A stretch of DNA of 64,000 bases, from the NCBI GenBank assembly GCA_963674825.1, contig OY771587.1, forward strand, positions 1,408,001 to 1,472,000, given 5' to 3'. Source of the stretch: Candidatus Cloacimonadales bacterium (lineage in GTDB: Bacteria; Cloacimonadota; Cloacimonadia; Cloacimonadales; JAIOQZ01). Within the stretch, counting starts at the first letter, position 1. Every line of letters starts with the position of its first letter. Below, piece by piece: positions 10,359 through 22,000 of this stretch. The notes below the pieces were generated by a model. The model saw only the letters and a program-made list of their open reading frames with translations. It had not been told where the DNA came from and did not search any database. The position numbers were made by a program, and so were the translations under genes.

Positions 10359-11447
10359 TTATTCCAGATATTGTTTGGGATCAACGGGGATTCGCCGTTT
10401 GCGCAGCTCGAAATGAACCAGCGGCTGCTTGGCGGTCCCGGTCTTACCGGAAAGCGCGATCACGTCGCTGCGTTTCACGTGATCACCCTTGGTCACCAGG
10501 ATTTGTCCGTTGTGGCTGTACGTTGTCAAAAAGCCGTTCTGGTGGTCAATAATAATCGTCTTTCCGGCGCTTTCATACCATTCGGCGAAGACTACCACAC
10601 CATCTTCGGCAGCCATCACATTGCTTCCTTCGGGAAGCGCGATATCGATTCCGTTACTGTGGAATTTGCTTGAATTGGAGACGTATTCGCCGAATTCGCG
10701 GATGACCTTTCCTTTGCCGGGCCAGGCGATATTACCGCGAGCGAATTTGTAGGTGTATTCGTCTTTCTCGCTGGCGTACTCGAGCTTGGTGATGAGGTCT
10801 TCCAGTTGCTCGGCTTCCTTGCTGAGCTGCGAGAGGGCCTCTTCCGACTCACTCTTCTTGATATCGTACATCTTCACTTTTTCATTCAATTGCTTGATCT
10901 TGCCGGAAAGTTGCTCGCTCTCTTTCTCGCTCTGCTTGCGCTTCGAGGTGGTCGTCTTGACTTCCTTCTCCAGCTTGCCTTTGGTAGATGAGAGGTTGCG
11001 AACGCTGCTTTCTGCGTCACGAATGGTGGTCACGGTCTGGTTGATCATCTTGGAGATCATGAAGCGATCGCCGTAGCGATCGATGCCAGGTGAATATTCG
11101 AGGAAAAAGAGTCGCAGGAATTCCTCACGGCAGAGGCTTTTCAGTTGCGCTTCGCGGTATTCGGCGTTCTGAAGCTGGCTGCTTGTGCGTTTAAGTTCGC
11201 TTGTTTTATCTTGAAGTGATGAGATCAGGCTCTTGAGTGTCTTCTGCGTGCCTTTTACCTTACGGGAATACTCCTGGATATCGTCGAGCGCGTTTTTTTT
11301 GAGCTTCTCCTGCTTCTCGATACTCTCGCGCTCTTTCTCGATCTGCTCCTGAAGCTTTTCGAGACGCTCCTTCTTCGTCTTCAGGTCTTGCCCGAAAAGC
11401 ATTGCGAACGCGAGAATTACGATCAGAGTAACCCAGAACGTCTTCAA
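10359..11447 (-). CDS. Murein hydrolase activator EnvC-like protein (coiled coil plus M23 domain)
   Basis: Signal peptide, long coiled coil, WPGKG, SNGIDI, V.AAEDGVV, IIDH, TYSH, HFELR. Confidence 0.85.
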   Translation of the reverse strand: MKTFWVTLIVILAFAMLFGQDLKTKKERLEKLQEQIEKERESIEKQEKLKKNALDDIQEYSRKVKGTQKTLKSLISSLQDKTSELKRTSSQLQNAEYREAQLKSLCREEFLRLFFLEYSPGIDRYGDRFMISKMINQTVTTIRDAESSVRNLSSTKGKLEKEVKTTTSKRKQSEKESEQLSGKIKQLNEKVKMYDIKKSESEEALSQLSKEAEQLEDLITKLEYASEKDEYTYKFARGNIAWPGKGKVIREFGEYVSNSSKFHSNGIDIALPEGSNVMAAEDGVVVFAEWYESAGKTIIIDHQNGFLTTYSHNGQILVTKGDHVKRSDVIALSGKTGTAKQPLVHFELRKRRIPVDPKQYLE

Positions 11448-11582
11448 CTATGTATCCCCAATGTCATCTCATGAACGAGATGCTGTTTTCCCTGACGATA
11501 AATTGTGAACAGCATCGTGTGTCAAGCGAATGATTTAGGAAGAAGATGACCCTATCTCTGTGAGATCTACTCAGACAACTGG

Positions 11583-13460
11583 TTATCTGAGCCTTGCTGC
11601 CTTTCTCTTGTGATTATCGATCAGCATCTCAAGTGGTGGATATTCACATGAGGTTATATTGTTGCGGTTCGTTGAAACAATCGTCACATAATAAAAACGC
11701 CTATACGGAGGAATCGGAGCGACCCAGGCATTGTCTGTGAATTGGCCTGTTTGATCAGCAATGAAAGGACCATTGGAATTAGCAGAAGAGTAGACGATGA
11801 AATAAAAATTGCTTAGACCGTCATTAATATTCGTACAGGTTAGGACGACTTGATTGTTGACAAAGTCAATTGTCACATCTGGTGGCGTAAGCTGAAATTG
11901 ATAATAGGGAAACACACCGATATCTCTTCTCGTGCCATCTGGGTCGGTTGAGCTTGGGTATCCGGCATCGATGCACGGAGATTTTGTACCGTCAACGACT
12001 GGATAATTTTCCCATGTTATCTGGTAAGGTTCCTGATTTCCTCCCTGAAAAAGCGGATCGCAGCTGATATTGCCGGGACCGCTATAAGTACCTCCCTGAA
12101 TATCACAGTAGCGGAAGACATCATCATAGGCAAAGTTATAATATACAGGAAAAGATGAATTACCCCAAATTATCGTATTGGCAATGAGAGGATAACAGGA
12201 ATCATCCGCGTAAAGACCACCGCCAACAGCCCCAGTTTGATCTACCTCGTTATCGACGATTGTGTTATTGATCAAGACGGGATAGCATGTTTGATACATC
12301 GCGATGCCACCGCCGAATTCCTGGGCATGATTGCGTGACAACACCGTGTAATTGATTTCGGCATGGGAATAATTGAGATAAATTCCTCCACCCGCAATTG
12401 CATCGTTTTTCGTAACAACACAGGTATCGACCAAAATGTTTGAGTATCGGCAGAAAATTCCTCCGCCTACGTTGTCGGGCCAGTCGCCTTGTGCTTTGCC
12501 ATATTCTATTTTGCATTGTACCAGTTGTGAACGATCATAGCTGTTCGTGTTGTTGTTGATAAACCGTAGACCGCCCCAACCGGTGGTTGTATCCTGAGCA
12601 GTAAAGAAGATGTTCATGTCCTCGGTTCCTTGTGCGATCAATTGACCATATACGGTAAATTTGTAGTGCCCGGTAAATATCACGTTGACGCCTGCTTCGA
12701 TGATCAACGTTGCTGTTGTATCTACCTGAATGTCTCCACCAATCATGTACGGTCCACCGTCGAGCGTCCAGGCACCCGAGACGGAGCCCGTGGCGATGTC
12801 AGTAGGCTCGCTGTACGAGTACAGACCGTAGCCATCAACAACCAATTCATCAATTTTATACGAAAGCTTTACAACCTTGTTTTAAATACCGCCGGTCGCC
12901 TCAATAACCTCTACCCATTGATTTGTTGGATCATTTTCATTTCTACCATAGCATAAGCGTGCATGATCATTATATGATGATCTGATGAATGCTGCACCAG
13001 ATTGAACTTGTGTGCTTGTAATTGCTGTCGAGTTTTGCGCCAAATAGTCACAACTACAATTCCAAATATCAGAGATCTCCCAACACCTCCCAACAAATCC
13101 AGAGCAATCGATACCGGCAGCCCAGGATAATGAATTAGGTATGCTGGCTTGCCAATGCGCACTATGAGCACCGGGACCTTTGCTTCCATTTACATAATCG
13201 TTGTTCCATTGGCTGAAAGAGTCTTTTCCTCCATAATGATAGGGCATTCCATACAATGTATCGGCGATACTATCTACCCAGTCACATGGGTAATCTTCGG
13301 TATAGCCTTGATGCGGATCATTTGTTTCAGTGTAATGATTCCAGATATTGGGGCCATCCACCAGCCAAGGCATTTCAAGATATTCTACTGCAAGATTCAT
13401 ATTCACGGCAAACAAGCTTGTGGTTCCAATAATGAGAGCATAGAACAAAAAATATCTCAT
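11583..13460 (-). pseudogene. Secreted NlpC/P60 plus pectin-lyase-like beta-helix protein, interrupted by one in-frame TAA
   Basis: ORFs 12882..13460 and 11583..12845 are in the same frame: ...EATGGI*NKVVKLSYKIDELVVDGY..., TAA at 12882-12884. The N-part has a signal peptide and GIDCSGFV...DH. The C-part has GGGI beta-helix repeats and SPCIDAG...DPDGTRRDIG. Confidence 0.75.
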
Positions 13461-14338
13461 TTCTCCACTCCTGATTTGCGCCATATTTCGTATTCTATCG
13501 CATTTTCTTTAATGACTAAGTTATATGCAATTCCATCCTTTGATATTATTGGCCACACTCTATCTATGAAATGAATATGGTGGGCAATATGCGAGTCGAA
13601 GACGACATTAGTATAAATAAATGATCCATCTTGCGAAACAACACCGAGTTCTGTAGCGGTTAATGGGGCAACCAAATTTTCGAAGTACAAGTAGTTATCT
13701 CTGTCATAATTCATAAATCGATATCCAATATCGGTATGCCATATCTTTTTCAGGTCAACCGGTTTGTAGGTGAAATCAAACAGCTCCATACTCTTAAGAT
13801 GATATTGGTTATTTTGCAGCACAAGTTCGCCTGCTTGTATCGCTTGAGGTCCATCATATATCATCAATCCGAGTTTACCTTGATAGCTTTCAATGAAACT
13901 GAAACCATAATAAAATCTTCCACCCTGCTTAACAGTATGATAATCAACAAGCTCAAGATTCATGGAATATCTCCTGACGCATACAACACTCATATCTCCG
14001 CTCATTGTGTAAATCATTCCATCATGATATCCAAGAAAACGGATGACATCCCCAGCGCCCTTTTCATCTTTCGATGCGCAGATGAAGTTGCCGTTTACAT
14101 CGAATTTCTTGATGATGTTTTTTCGTCGGGTCAGAATGTAGATATTCTCTTCTTCATCTACGGTGAAGCTTGTTGGTCCTGAATCCAGCTCTTCATAGCC
14201 TTCTGGTACGAGTTGCAAACTCAACTGGTTTTCCGCTTCCCCCATGGGAAGTTCGACGACGGTCTTTTCGTATATCCAGGTTTCGGCTGCAAGCAGACTG
14301 CACACCATCAGCATAATAGCGAATGTAAAGTTTTTCAT
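13457..14338 (-). CDS. Exported hypothetical protein (NHL/beta-propeller-like)
   Basis: Signal peptide MKNFTFAIMLMVCSLLA, GPTSFTVDEEENIYIL...IKKFDVNGNF blade. GGAGG RBS; ATGA overlap with the next gene. Confidence 0.7.
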   Translation of the reverse strand: MKNFTFAIMLMVCSLLAAETWIYEKTVVELPMGEAENQLSLQLVPEGYEELDSGPTSFTVDEEENIYILTRRKNIIKKFDVNGNFICASKDEKGAGDVIRFLGYHDGMIYTMSGDMSVVCVRRYSMNLELVDYHTVKQGGRFYYGFSFIESYQGKLGLMIYDGPQAIQAGELVLQNNQYHLKSMELFDFTYKPVDLKKIWHTDIGYRFMNYDRDNYLYFENLVAPLTATELGVVSQDGSFIYTNVVFDSHIAHHIHFIDRVWPIISKDGIAYNLVIKENAIEYEIWRKSGVEK

Positions 14339-14448
14339 AGACCCTCCCATTACTCCCTGAATGATAATATGTGAACATAGTTATGTTTATTAGTTGATCG
14401 TAGTATTGTCAACTGTTTTCTTTGTAAGTATTACTGGATTATTATGTG

Positions 14449-14496
14449 AAAAGCCCGGAAATCACCATAAGAATATTCTTACTGCAATTTCCGGGC
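14449..14496 (-). terminator. Probable terminator after the GH13 gene
   Basis: 10-bp stem GCCCGGAAAT/ATTTCCGGGC with a long loop and a short U tract. Confidence 0.5.
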
Positions 14497-14524
14497 AAAA
14501 TACGCCCTAGGCTATGTGTTTGCT

Positions 14525-17500
14525 CTACTCTTCCTCTTCAGGCTCCGTTTCCTTTTCGGCGGAGAAGAGACTCAACAGATTTTCGAGCTGATAACCGGAG
14601 TCCTGGCTGGCGCTGAGCAGCTTCGCGATGGTTCGGTGCTGTTCCCGCAGGCTCGTGGTAATCTCTTTTTCGTCCTCGAGTTCACTGAGCGCACCCAGGA
14701 TGCCGACCGTAAACAACCATCCCATCAGGTATTCGAACATCTCTTTGTTGAACCACAATACGTCGTGGTAGCGGTTCACCTGTATCCAGGAGCGGATATC
14801 TTCGCTCTCCAGCAGTTCTTCAAGGGTATCGGAGATCGTTCTGCCGTTCTCGTGCCACCAGTTCTGGAACTCGGTGAGAATACGGATTATACCCACGGTG
14901 AGCATGGTGTCTTGCTCCGAGAAGCCAAGCGCGCGATAGACATCGTACATCTTGCGGTCGAGTAGCCATTCTTCCATAAACGCGCGACTTCGCAGTGGAG
15001 CACCGGGACCTGCCTCGATTTCGCCGATACGGTGGACAAGCGCCCATCCGGCGATTGTCTGGAAGCCCTTCGGGGTCTCGAACAGCTTCATGACCATCGG
15101 TTCGATATCAGCCATACCTTTCATATGCTCCGTGAGTAGGCCCTTGTGGAGAATGAGCTCGAATTCACTCTCCAGCTTCTTGCAGATTGCATCGATATCG
15201 CCGTCGGCATGGGTGAGTTCGATCATGCGCTGTAAGAGCGGTTTGATCTTGTCTGCGACATAAGGCGGCATCTCGATTTCCGGTTTACCTTCGCTTTCGG
15301 TGAGGTCCATTAACATCTGCGCGTTGAAAACTTCTGTAAAGCGCTCGTGAAGCGGACGCAGGAAGGTCTCTTTTAAAGCCTGGCCAATATCCGGTACACC
15401 GCGGCCCGAAAGGTATTCGTGCAGGTTGGCGTAACGGTGAGAGTGGTCATCTTCCACCTCGTGGAAATCGACATACACCTGATACTTGAACGCGGCAAGC
15501 TCGATATAAAGGCCATTTTCCACTATATCGCGGCTATTACGGATGTACTGGAAGCCACTCACGCTATCGCGGAAGATGACGTAACGACGATTATCCGGCG
15601 TCAGGTGCAGATTGTTCCCGAGCTCATTCGAACGGTCGTCTCTCCGTAATGCTGAGACTTGGATCTTGCCACGTGCTTCCTCAAATTTGTTATTGTATAC
15701 GACCAACGCGTTCTCGTCACCATAGCGGTTTGAATAAGCGAAGACGTTCTGATTGGTGTTTCCGTAGCCGTCAATGAAGTCGTAGAGTACGAAGTTATCT
15801 ACACCTGAAAAAAGGTAGCGCTTGCGCATAACCGGGAATATCTCGCGCTGGTGACGCTGGATGAGATGCTCGTTGGGGTGTTCGTCCCACATCGGCTTAT
15901 AGTATTCCATACCGTAGCGCTCATGATATCCTTCGACCTGCCCGTGCCCGAACATGGGAAGTCCCGGCATGGTGATCATGAGGATGCAAACGCCAAAGTA
16001 TTTATCATCGCTGCCAAATTGTGCGATAGCCGTCTCCTCGTCGGGATTGTTCATGAAATTGACGAAGCGCTTGAGGATCTCTGGGTTGTATTCGAGCACA
16101 TTGCGGATGGTCTCACGATACTTGCCGTTCTCTTCGTTCTTGAGCATATTCATGAAAGCACTATTATAGACACGGTGCATACCCAGCGTGCGCACAAAAT
16201 AGCCTTCCATCAGCCAAAACGCCTCGGCTAGCAGGAGGGTGTCCGGTGCTTCTACCGCCGCACGATCGACCACCTCGCGCCAGAATTCTTCCGGGATCGC
16301 CTTGTCGAAATCCTCTTTGGTCATGCCAAATTCAGCGCGTGACGGGATGTCCCCACCCGATCCGGGTTGCGGGAACCACAGGCGTTGGTAGTGTTTCTTG
16401 GCTAGCGTCATGGCAGCGTCGAAGCGGATGATGGGGAACTGTTTCGCGATATCGATGATCTTGCTGATTACCGCTTGACGTACTTCCGGCAGCAGGTAGT
16501 TGAGCTGCGCGGTATCGTTCCAGGGCATGTTGGTACCGTCGTTTCCGTGATAAATGAATCGTGAGCCGTTTCCGTCGGTGTATTTGAACACGACGGAAGC
16601 GTCTGAACGACTGTAATAATGATCTTCAACCTGGATGGTGACGCCGGGAACCTCGCTTAGGTTAGCGCTGTGAAAGCGATAGGACGGGAACGGCGGATAA
16701 TCGAGCTGAACAAACCAGTCGGGATGCTCCATTACCCATTTCGAATCAATTCCCATATGATTGGGAACCATATCGCTTCCAAGCCTGATTCCGCGCTTCA
16801 TGGCGCGTTCACGCAGGTTGTTGAGGGCTTCTTCCCCACCAAGATCGTCCGCAATCACGTAGTCCCAGAGAGAATATGCGGAAGCGATAGCGTCTTCCTT
16901 GCCAAGCAAGTGTTTGAGCTTTCGCGAGGCATGGCTGCGGCGCCAGATTCCGATCAGCCAGAGTCCGGTGAATCCCCAGCTGGCCAACATGTCGAGCTCT
17001 TCGTCGGGGATCTGATCCAGCCGCTTGATCTCGCGGCGATATTTGCGAGAGAGTTGATTCAGCCACACATAGACCGTCTTGGCCAGCAGAACGAGCCGCG
17101 GCATCCAGTCTTTGTCTGGTGTAAAACGCTCTGGTTCTTCGGTGTATTCCTGGCGTGCGAATTGATAGACGACGCTTTCGCCGGCCCCGTGCATACGCAG
17201 CTTGTCTTCTTCCTTGATGAAGTCAAGTCCGCGCAGAATCATGAAGTAGTATTCGCCAAGGATAGAGCCCCATTTCATACGGATATATTCAAGCTGTTGC
17301 TGAATGGAGTGTGGAAATTTCACCGCCGGTTCGTGCAACATCTCCAGCAGGTTTTGCCGGTCTGTTCCGAATGGTGGAAGCGTGTCAAAGGTCTCCAGCA
17401 GGCTTTTATAGATTCGATCGATCGCGACCTTCTTTTTAAGCCCGTGATGTTCGAAGATATCTTTGAACTGCTCGAAGGCGGTGTTGGAGTCGGTGAGCCA

Positions 17501-17956
17501 GAGGCGGCAGATTTCCTTGAGAGTCAGGAGGCTATTATCGATTCCTTCCGTGCTTTCTTTCAACCACGTAGCGATATCCATTTCATTTTCATACACCGGT
17601 CGCGGTGGAAATTCGTTCAGATAGCGCTCGAACAGGGAATCGATCAGCTCACTGCCATAGTTACGCTTCATCTCAGCGAGCGTGTACTCCATGGTTTTAA
17701 TACCATTCTGTTCAATGTATTTCTGGAACAGAAAGTCGAGGATCTCGTCGATGAGCGCCATACCATTGAGCTGACCCGTTTTAACTGCATCTTCCGGGAA
17801 GGAAACGACGTTACGTTTACGGTTGATCAGCCGGACGACTTTCCGGATGTTCTGCAATTGTTTGAAGACAGCCTTTCCTTCACGTGTGAACAGGCTGGAA
17901 TCGATCTGGTAGCGAAGTCGCGCCTCGCGCGAGACATGGAAACCTGGGTATTGCAT
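14525..17956 (-). CDS. Large alpha-amylase family (GH13) glycoside hydrolase, cytoplasmic
   Basis: GH13 regions DMVPNHMG, IRFDAAM (nucleophile), LLAEAFW (acid/base), NNPDE, PGLPMFGHGQ. Long N- and C-terminal extensions; no signal peptide. Confidence 0.88.
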   Translation of the reverse strand: MQYPGFHVSREARLRYQIDSSLFTREGKAVFKQLQNIRKVVRLINRKRNVVSFPEDAVKTGQLNGMALIDEILDFLFQKYIEQNGIKTMEYTLAEMKRNYGSELIDSLFERYLNEFPPRPVYENEMDIATWLKESTEGIDNSLLTLKEICRLWLTDSNTAFEQFKDIFEHHGLKKKVAIDRIYKSLLETFDTLPPFGTDRQNLLEMLHEPAVKFPHSIQQQLEYIRMKWGSILGEYYFMILRGLDFIKEEDKLRMHGAGESVVYQFARQEYTEEPERFTPDKDWMPRLVLLAKTVYVWLNQLSRKYRREIKRLDQIPDEELDMLASWGFTGLWLIGIWRRSHASRKLKHLLGKEDAIASAYSLWDYVIADDLGGEEALNNLRERAMKRGIRLGSDMVPNHMGIDSKWVMEHPDWFVQLDYPPFPSYRFHSANLSEVPGVTIQVEDHYYSRSDASVVFKYTDGNGSRFIYHGNDGTNMPWNDTAQLNYLLPEVRQAVISKIIDIAKQFPIIRFDAAMTLAKKHYQRLWFPQPGSGGDIPSRAEFGMTKEDFDKAIPEEFWREVVDRAAVEAPDTLLLAEAFWLMEGYFVRTLGMHRVYNSAFMNMLKNEENGKYRETIRNVLEYNPEILKRFVNFMNNPDEETAIAQFGSDDKYFGVCILMITMPGLPMFGHGQVEGYHERYGMEYYKPMWDEHPNEHLIQRHQREIFPVMRKRYLFSGVDNFVLYDFIDGYGNTNQNVFAYSNRYGDENALVVYNNKFEEARGKIQVSALRRDDRSNELGNNLHLTPDNRRYVIFRDSVSGFQYIRNSRDIVENGLYIELAAFKYQVYVDFHEVEDDHSHRYANLHEYLSGRGVPDIGQALKETFLRPLHERFTEVFNAQMLMDLTESEGKPEIEMPPYVADKIKPLLQRMIELTHADGDIDAICKKLESEFELILHKGLLTEHMKGMADIEPMVMKLFETPKGFQTIAGWALVHRIGEIEAGPGAPLRSRAFMEEWLLDRKMYDVYRALGFSEQDTMLTVGIIRILTEFQNWWHENGRTISDTLEELLESEDIRSWIQVNRYHDVLWFNKEMFEYLMGWLFTVGILGALSELEDEKEITTSLREQHRTIAKLLSASQDSGYQLENLLSLFSAEKETEPEEEE

Positions 17957-17958
17957 CT

Positions 17959-18789
17959 CTATTTCTCTTCTAATCCCTTGGTGTTATCGGTATGGTTCTC
18001 CGGTTCGGAAGCCGTTTTGTTGTTGTGGAGCAGGTCCGATACGGAAACCGCTTTGTATTTCTTCATTTTTGGCGGTGCGCTGATCGCATCGGAAGGACAA
18101 TAATTGTAGCACCGTAAGCACAGTACGCACTGATCCTGAAATTCTGGGAATTCGTACATCCTGATATTATCCGCCGGGCAGAGCCGGTAGCAGATACCGC
18201 ACTGAATGCACTTACTGGTCTCGATTTTAAACGGGACTTTCTTGCGCATGAATTTCCAAGGTTTCTCGGAGCGATTAATCTTGTTCATCAGAAATTCATG
18301 TGGCATCGGACGTGGCCAGGAAGCCACCCTGAAGTGAATATCATGTGCGAAAATACGTGCTTTGCGCAATCCCGCATGGATTGTTTTCTTCTGCTTCTGT
18401 TCCGAATGTTTGGTGAAGAAGTTGGACGGCATAACGATCTCCTTCGCCGCCAGAAGGCTGTAGCCTTTCTTCTTTAGCAGCTTGCCCAATGGTCCTACGA
18501 TACCGCCGGAATATCCGCCCATGGTATCGACCATGAAGACTTCTGTACCGCTCGCCTGGGGAAGCTTTTCTATAAAATCCCACACAAAGGGATAAGTCGC
18601 CTGGATCGCCACCGGAAAAGCCAGCCCAATCGTATGCTTGAGGTTGATCGTAGCCGGATCACTCTTCTCCAGATGGTGAAGGTTCACATCGATCTCGTTC
18701 TCCTCAAAGTACTGGATCATCTCTTTCGCGACCAGCATCGTGTTGCCGGTACCGCTGAAAACGTAGAAATCTATCGTGTTCGTCTGCAT
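17959..18789 (-). CDS. EFR1-family flavodoxin-fold/4Fe-4S ferredoxin
   Basis: FSGTGNT, GLAFPV, MPSN, and two clusters CIQCGICYRLCP and CVLCLRCYNYCP. GGAGG RBS before ATG 18789. Confidence 0.88.
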   Translation of the reverse strand: MQTNTIDFYVFSGTGNTMLVAKEMIQYFEENEIDVNLHHLEKSDPATINLKHTIGLAFPVAIQATYPFVWDFIEKLPQASGTEVFMVDTMGGYSGGIVGPLGKLLKKKGYSLLAAKEIVMPSNFFTKHSEQKQKKTIHAGLRKARIFAHDIHFRVASWPRPMPHEFLMNKINRSEKPWKFMRKKVPFKIETSKCIQCGICYRLCPADNIRMYEFPEFQDQCVLCLRCYNYCPSDAISAPPKMKKYKAVSVSDLLHNNKTASEPENHTDNTKGLEEK

Positions 18790-19058
18790 ACAAACCTCCG
18801 AATGCATAAAGAATCACGGCGCGCAATTTTTGTCAACCGGCTTGTGCAGGAAAGCCAGAAACCCATGCAATTTCATGAATGAAAGAAGATTAAGGAAGTT
18901 GTAATGCCGACATGATGCATCCATAGACGCTGAATCAGACTCACAAGAAAATGGACATTCATAAAATTCATCTTAATTAGGGAATGAAAATTGCGCATCT
19001 TATGGAGGTCATTGAGAATGCCAATGATGGAATTTACATATATAAGGAGAATCTGATT

Positions 19059-22000
19059 ATGCGAACCCCTATCATCATTCTGTTGTTTTTGTTGATAAGT
19101 TCACTATTTGCAGTTGGTCAGAATGGCATGACCTGTATTCAAAGTGATCCTTCGGGACTTGAAATCGACTTTGCTATCCCACAATGGGATTTGCGCGATT
19201 CTCCTGATGGAGACGGGCTCCTCATTCAATCGAGTAACGTAGCCTGGATCGCTGATGAAGGTAAACCTCAACTGCCTATTTTCTCGACTTCCGTCGCGAT
19301 TCCCGATCAGGGAACCTTCAGCTACGAAGTTGAGATCCTCGAAGAAGAGATTGTCAACGATGTTCAAATAGCACCCTGGCACGAGCCGTCATCCGATGCA
19401 GCGAGCTCACAGGATACCTCCATTTACGGACAAGACACCTTTTACCCATCTTCCATCGTTCAGATGAGCGATCCCGCGATCATGCGAGATTACCGTATCG
19501 CATCGATCTCGGTTACTCCCTTCCACTACAATGACGCCATGAAGCAGCTGCGAATCATTCGTTCCTTCCGGCTTCATGTCACGTTCAATTCCGATCGTAG
19601 CGGCATCAACGAGATTACCAATCGCAGCCGCAACGCGTCGAAATCATTCACAAGCCTCTATGCGAACGCGCTTCTGAACTACGAACAGGTAGCCATGCGT
19701 ACTATGGACGATCCGCCATGCATCCTCTATATTTATTACAACAACGCAACCATCGCGAGCTATATCGCACTTCTCGCAAACTGGAAACATCAGGTTGGCT
19801 ATGAAGTTCATATGGCGACAACTGCACAGACCGGTACGACGAACTCGTCGATCAAGGCCTATATCCAGAATGCTTACGACAACTGGGAGAATCCACCTGA
19901 CTACGTTGTCATGGTCGGCGATGCCACCGGAACCTACGGCCTGCCTACATGGTATCAGAGCTGGGAATCCTACAACGCGGAAGGCGATCATCCCTATACG
20001 CTTCTCGCCGGTGACGACCAGGTAGAAGATATCTGCATTGGACGCCTTTCTTTCAGCAGTCTCGATGAACTTCTGGTTATCATCAGCAAAAACGGTACAT
20101 ACGAAAGCTCTCCCTACACCGACGACACCGACTGGTATGATCAGGTTCTTCTTGTGGGCGATACCAGCCCGTCCGGAATCTCCTGTATTTCCACCAATAA
20201 TTACGTCAAAGAACGCATGCTCGATTACAGCCCAGACTACACCTTTACGGAACTCTATGGTTCCAGCCCGTCACCGCAATCGATGAACAACGCTATCGAC
20301 GCAGGTGTGAGCTACTTCAACTACCGCGGTTACCTCTATATGAGCGATTGGGATCACGACAACTATGTGTTCGAGCTTACCAACTACCATATGCTCCCCG
20401 TTTGCGTGATCATTACCTGCGGAACCGGTTCATTCGCCAGCGAAACCAGCGCTACCGAGCAGCTGCTTCGTCTCGGTACTACGACCAATCCCCGTGGTGG
20501 TGTCTGTGCAATCGGATCGGCTACCTGGGGAACGCACACAGCCTACAACAACGCACTCGACGCCAGCATTTTCTCGGGTCTCTTCAATCATGATCTGCGA
20601 ACGATCGGCGAAGCAATGCAGTTCGGTAAATTCTCGCTCTGGGAAATCTATAACAACAGCCAGTTTGAGACAATGCGGTTCTTCCTCCATAACAACAACC
20701 TCATGGGCGATCCAACCCTCCAGGTCTGGAAAACCGTGCCACAAACACTCAATGCCGCCTATTCATCCTCAATCGCTCCGGGAACGGATCAGATCCAGAT
20801 TCGCGTAACCCAGGAATCAGGTTCAGCACTCTCAAACGCATGGGTGACTATTCTGAAAGACTCCGACACCGTCTTTGCTACCGGCTACACTGACAACAAC
20901 GGTTATGTTTATCTCCCCGTTGAAACCACGAGTACAGGCAATGTTACTGTTACCGTCACCAAAGCAGGATACAAACCGCATCAGGGAACATTCACCATCG
21001 CCAGTCAGACACATTCGGTTACTGTCGATGGCACCATTATCGATGACGATAACACCGGCACATCAAGCGGTAACGGTAACGGAATTGTTAACGCCGGCGA
21101 GACGATCGAGCTCAAAGTAAACCTGCGCAACAATGGTTCTTCAAGCCTGAACAATGTTATCGCAACTCTCACCACGAGCAGCTCGATGGTCGAATCCATC
21201 AGCGACAACTACGAAACCTGGGGGACCATCGCTTCGGGAGCAGTTGGAACCTGTGCGGACGATTTCGATTTCACTGTCGAAGCCGACTGCCCGGACGGCT
21301 ACGAGATTCCGTTTGTCCTCTCGGTCCAATCCGGCCTTGTAAACTGGCGCAAGGAGCTTACAATCCAGGTTAGCGCTTCGAATCTATACGTTGGAGATAT
21401 AACGATTGATGACGAAGGTGGTAATGGCAATCTGGACCCAACCGAAACCGGCGATATCTATCTTGAACTGGTCAATAGCGGTTCCGTATCGCTAACCAAC
21501 GTCAATGCAACGGTCAGCGTTGTGCAAGGTGGGCTGAGCTTCAGCACTTCGACGACATCTTTCGGTACCGTTAGCGCCGGTGGTTCGGCAACCAATACAG
21601 TACCGCTCGTAGCCACAGCCACCGAAGATGTGATACCCGGTACGCAGTTCTCTATCAAGCTCGCCCTCACAGCAGATGGCGGCTACGTCAACAGTATATC
21701 GTTCCCGCTGACAGTCGGCACGGTATCATCTTCAGATCCGCTTGGTCCGGACGCATATGGCTACTACATCTACGATTCGGACGATACCATCTACTCACTT
21801 GTACCTGTGTATGATTGGATCGAAATCGATCCCAGCTACGGCGGAAGCGGAACCTCCCTTGGCCTTACTGATACCGGCAATAACGCAGACGACGTTACGA
21901 CGGTCAACATACCGATCAACTTCGTTTACTACGGTGAACATTACTCATCGATCAGCGTCTGCTCAAACGGATGGATTAGCTGCGGAGCAACCGAGCAGAT

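Noticed and set aside
16670..18103. Long antisense ORFs (477 aa here; also 8263-9342, 36059-37414, 55005-55937, 1874-2620)
   Set aside because: They lie opposite well-supported genes, have no motifs or RBS, and are expected shadows of codon bias.
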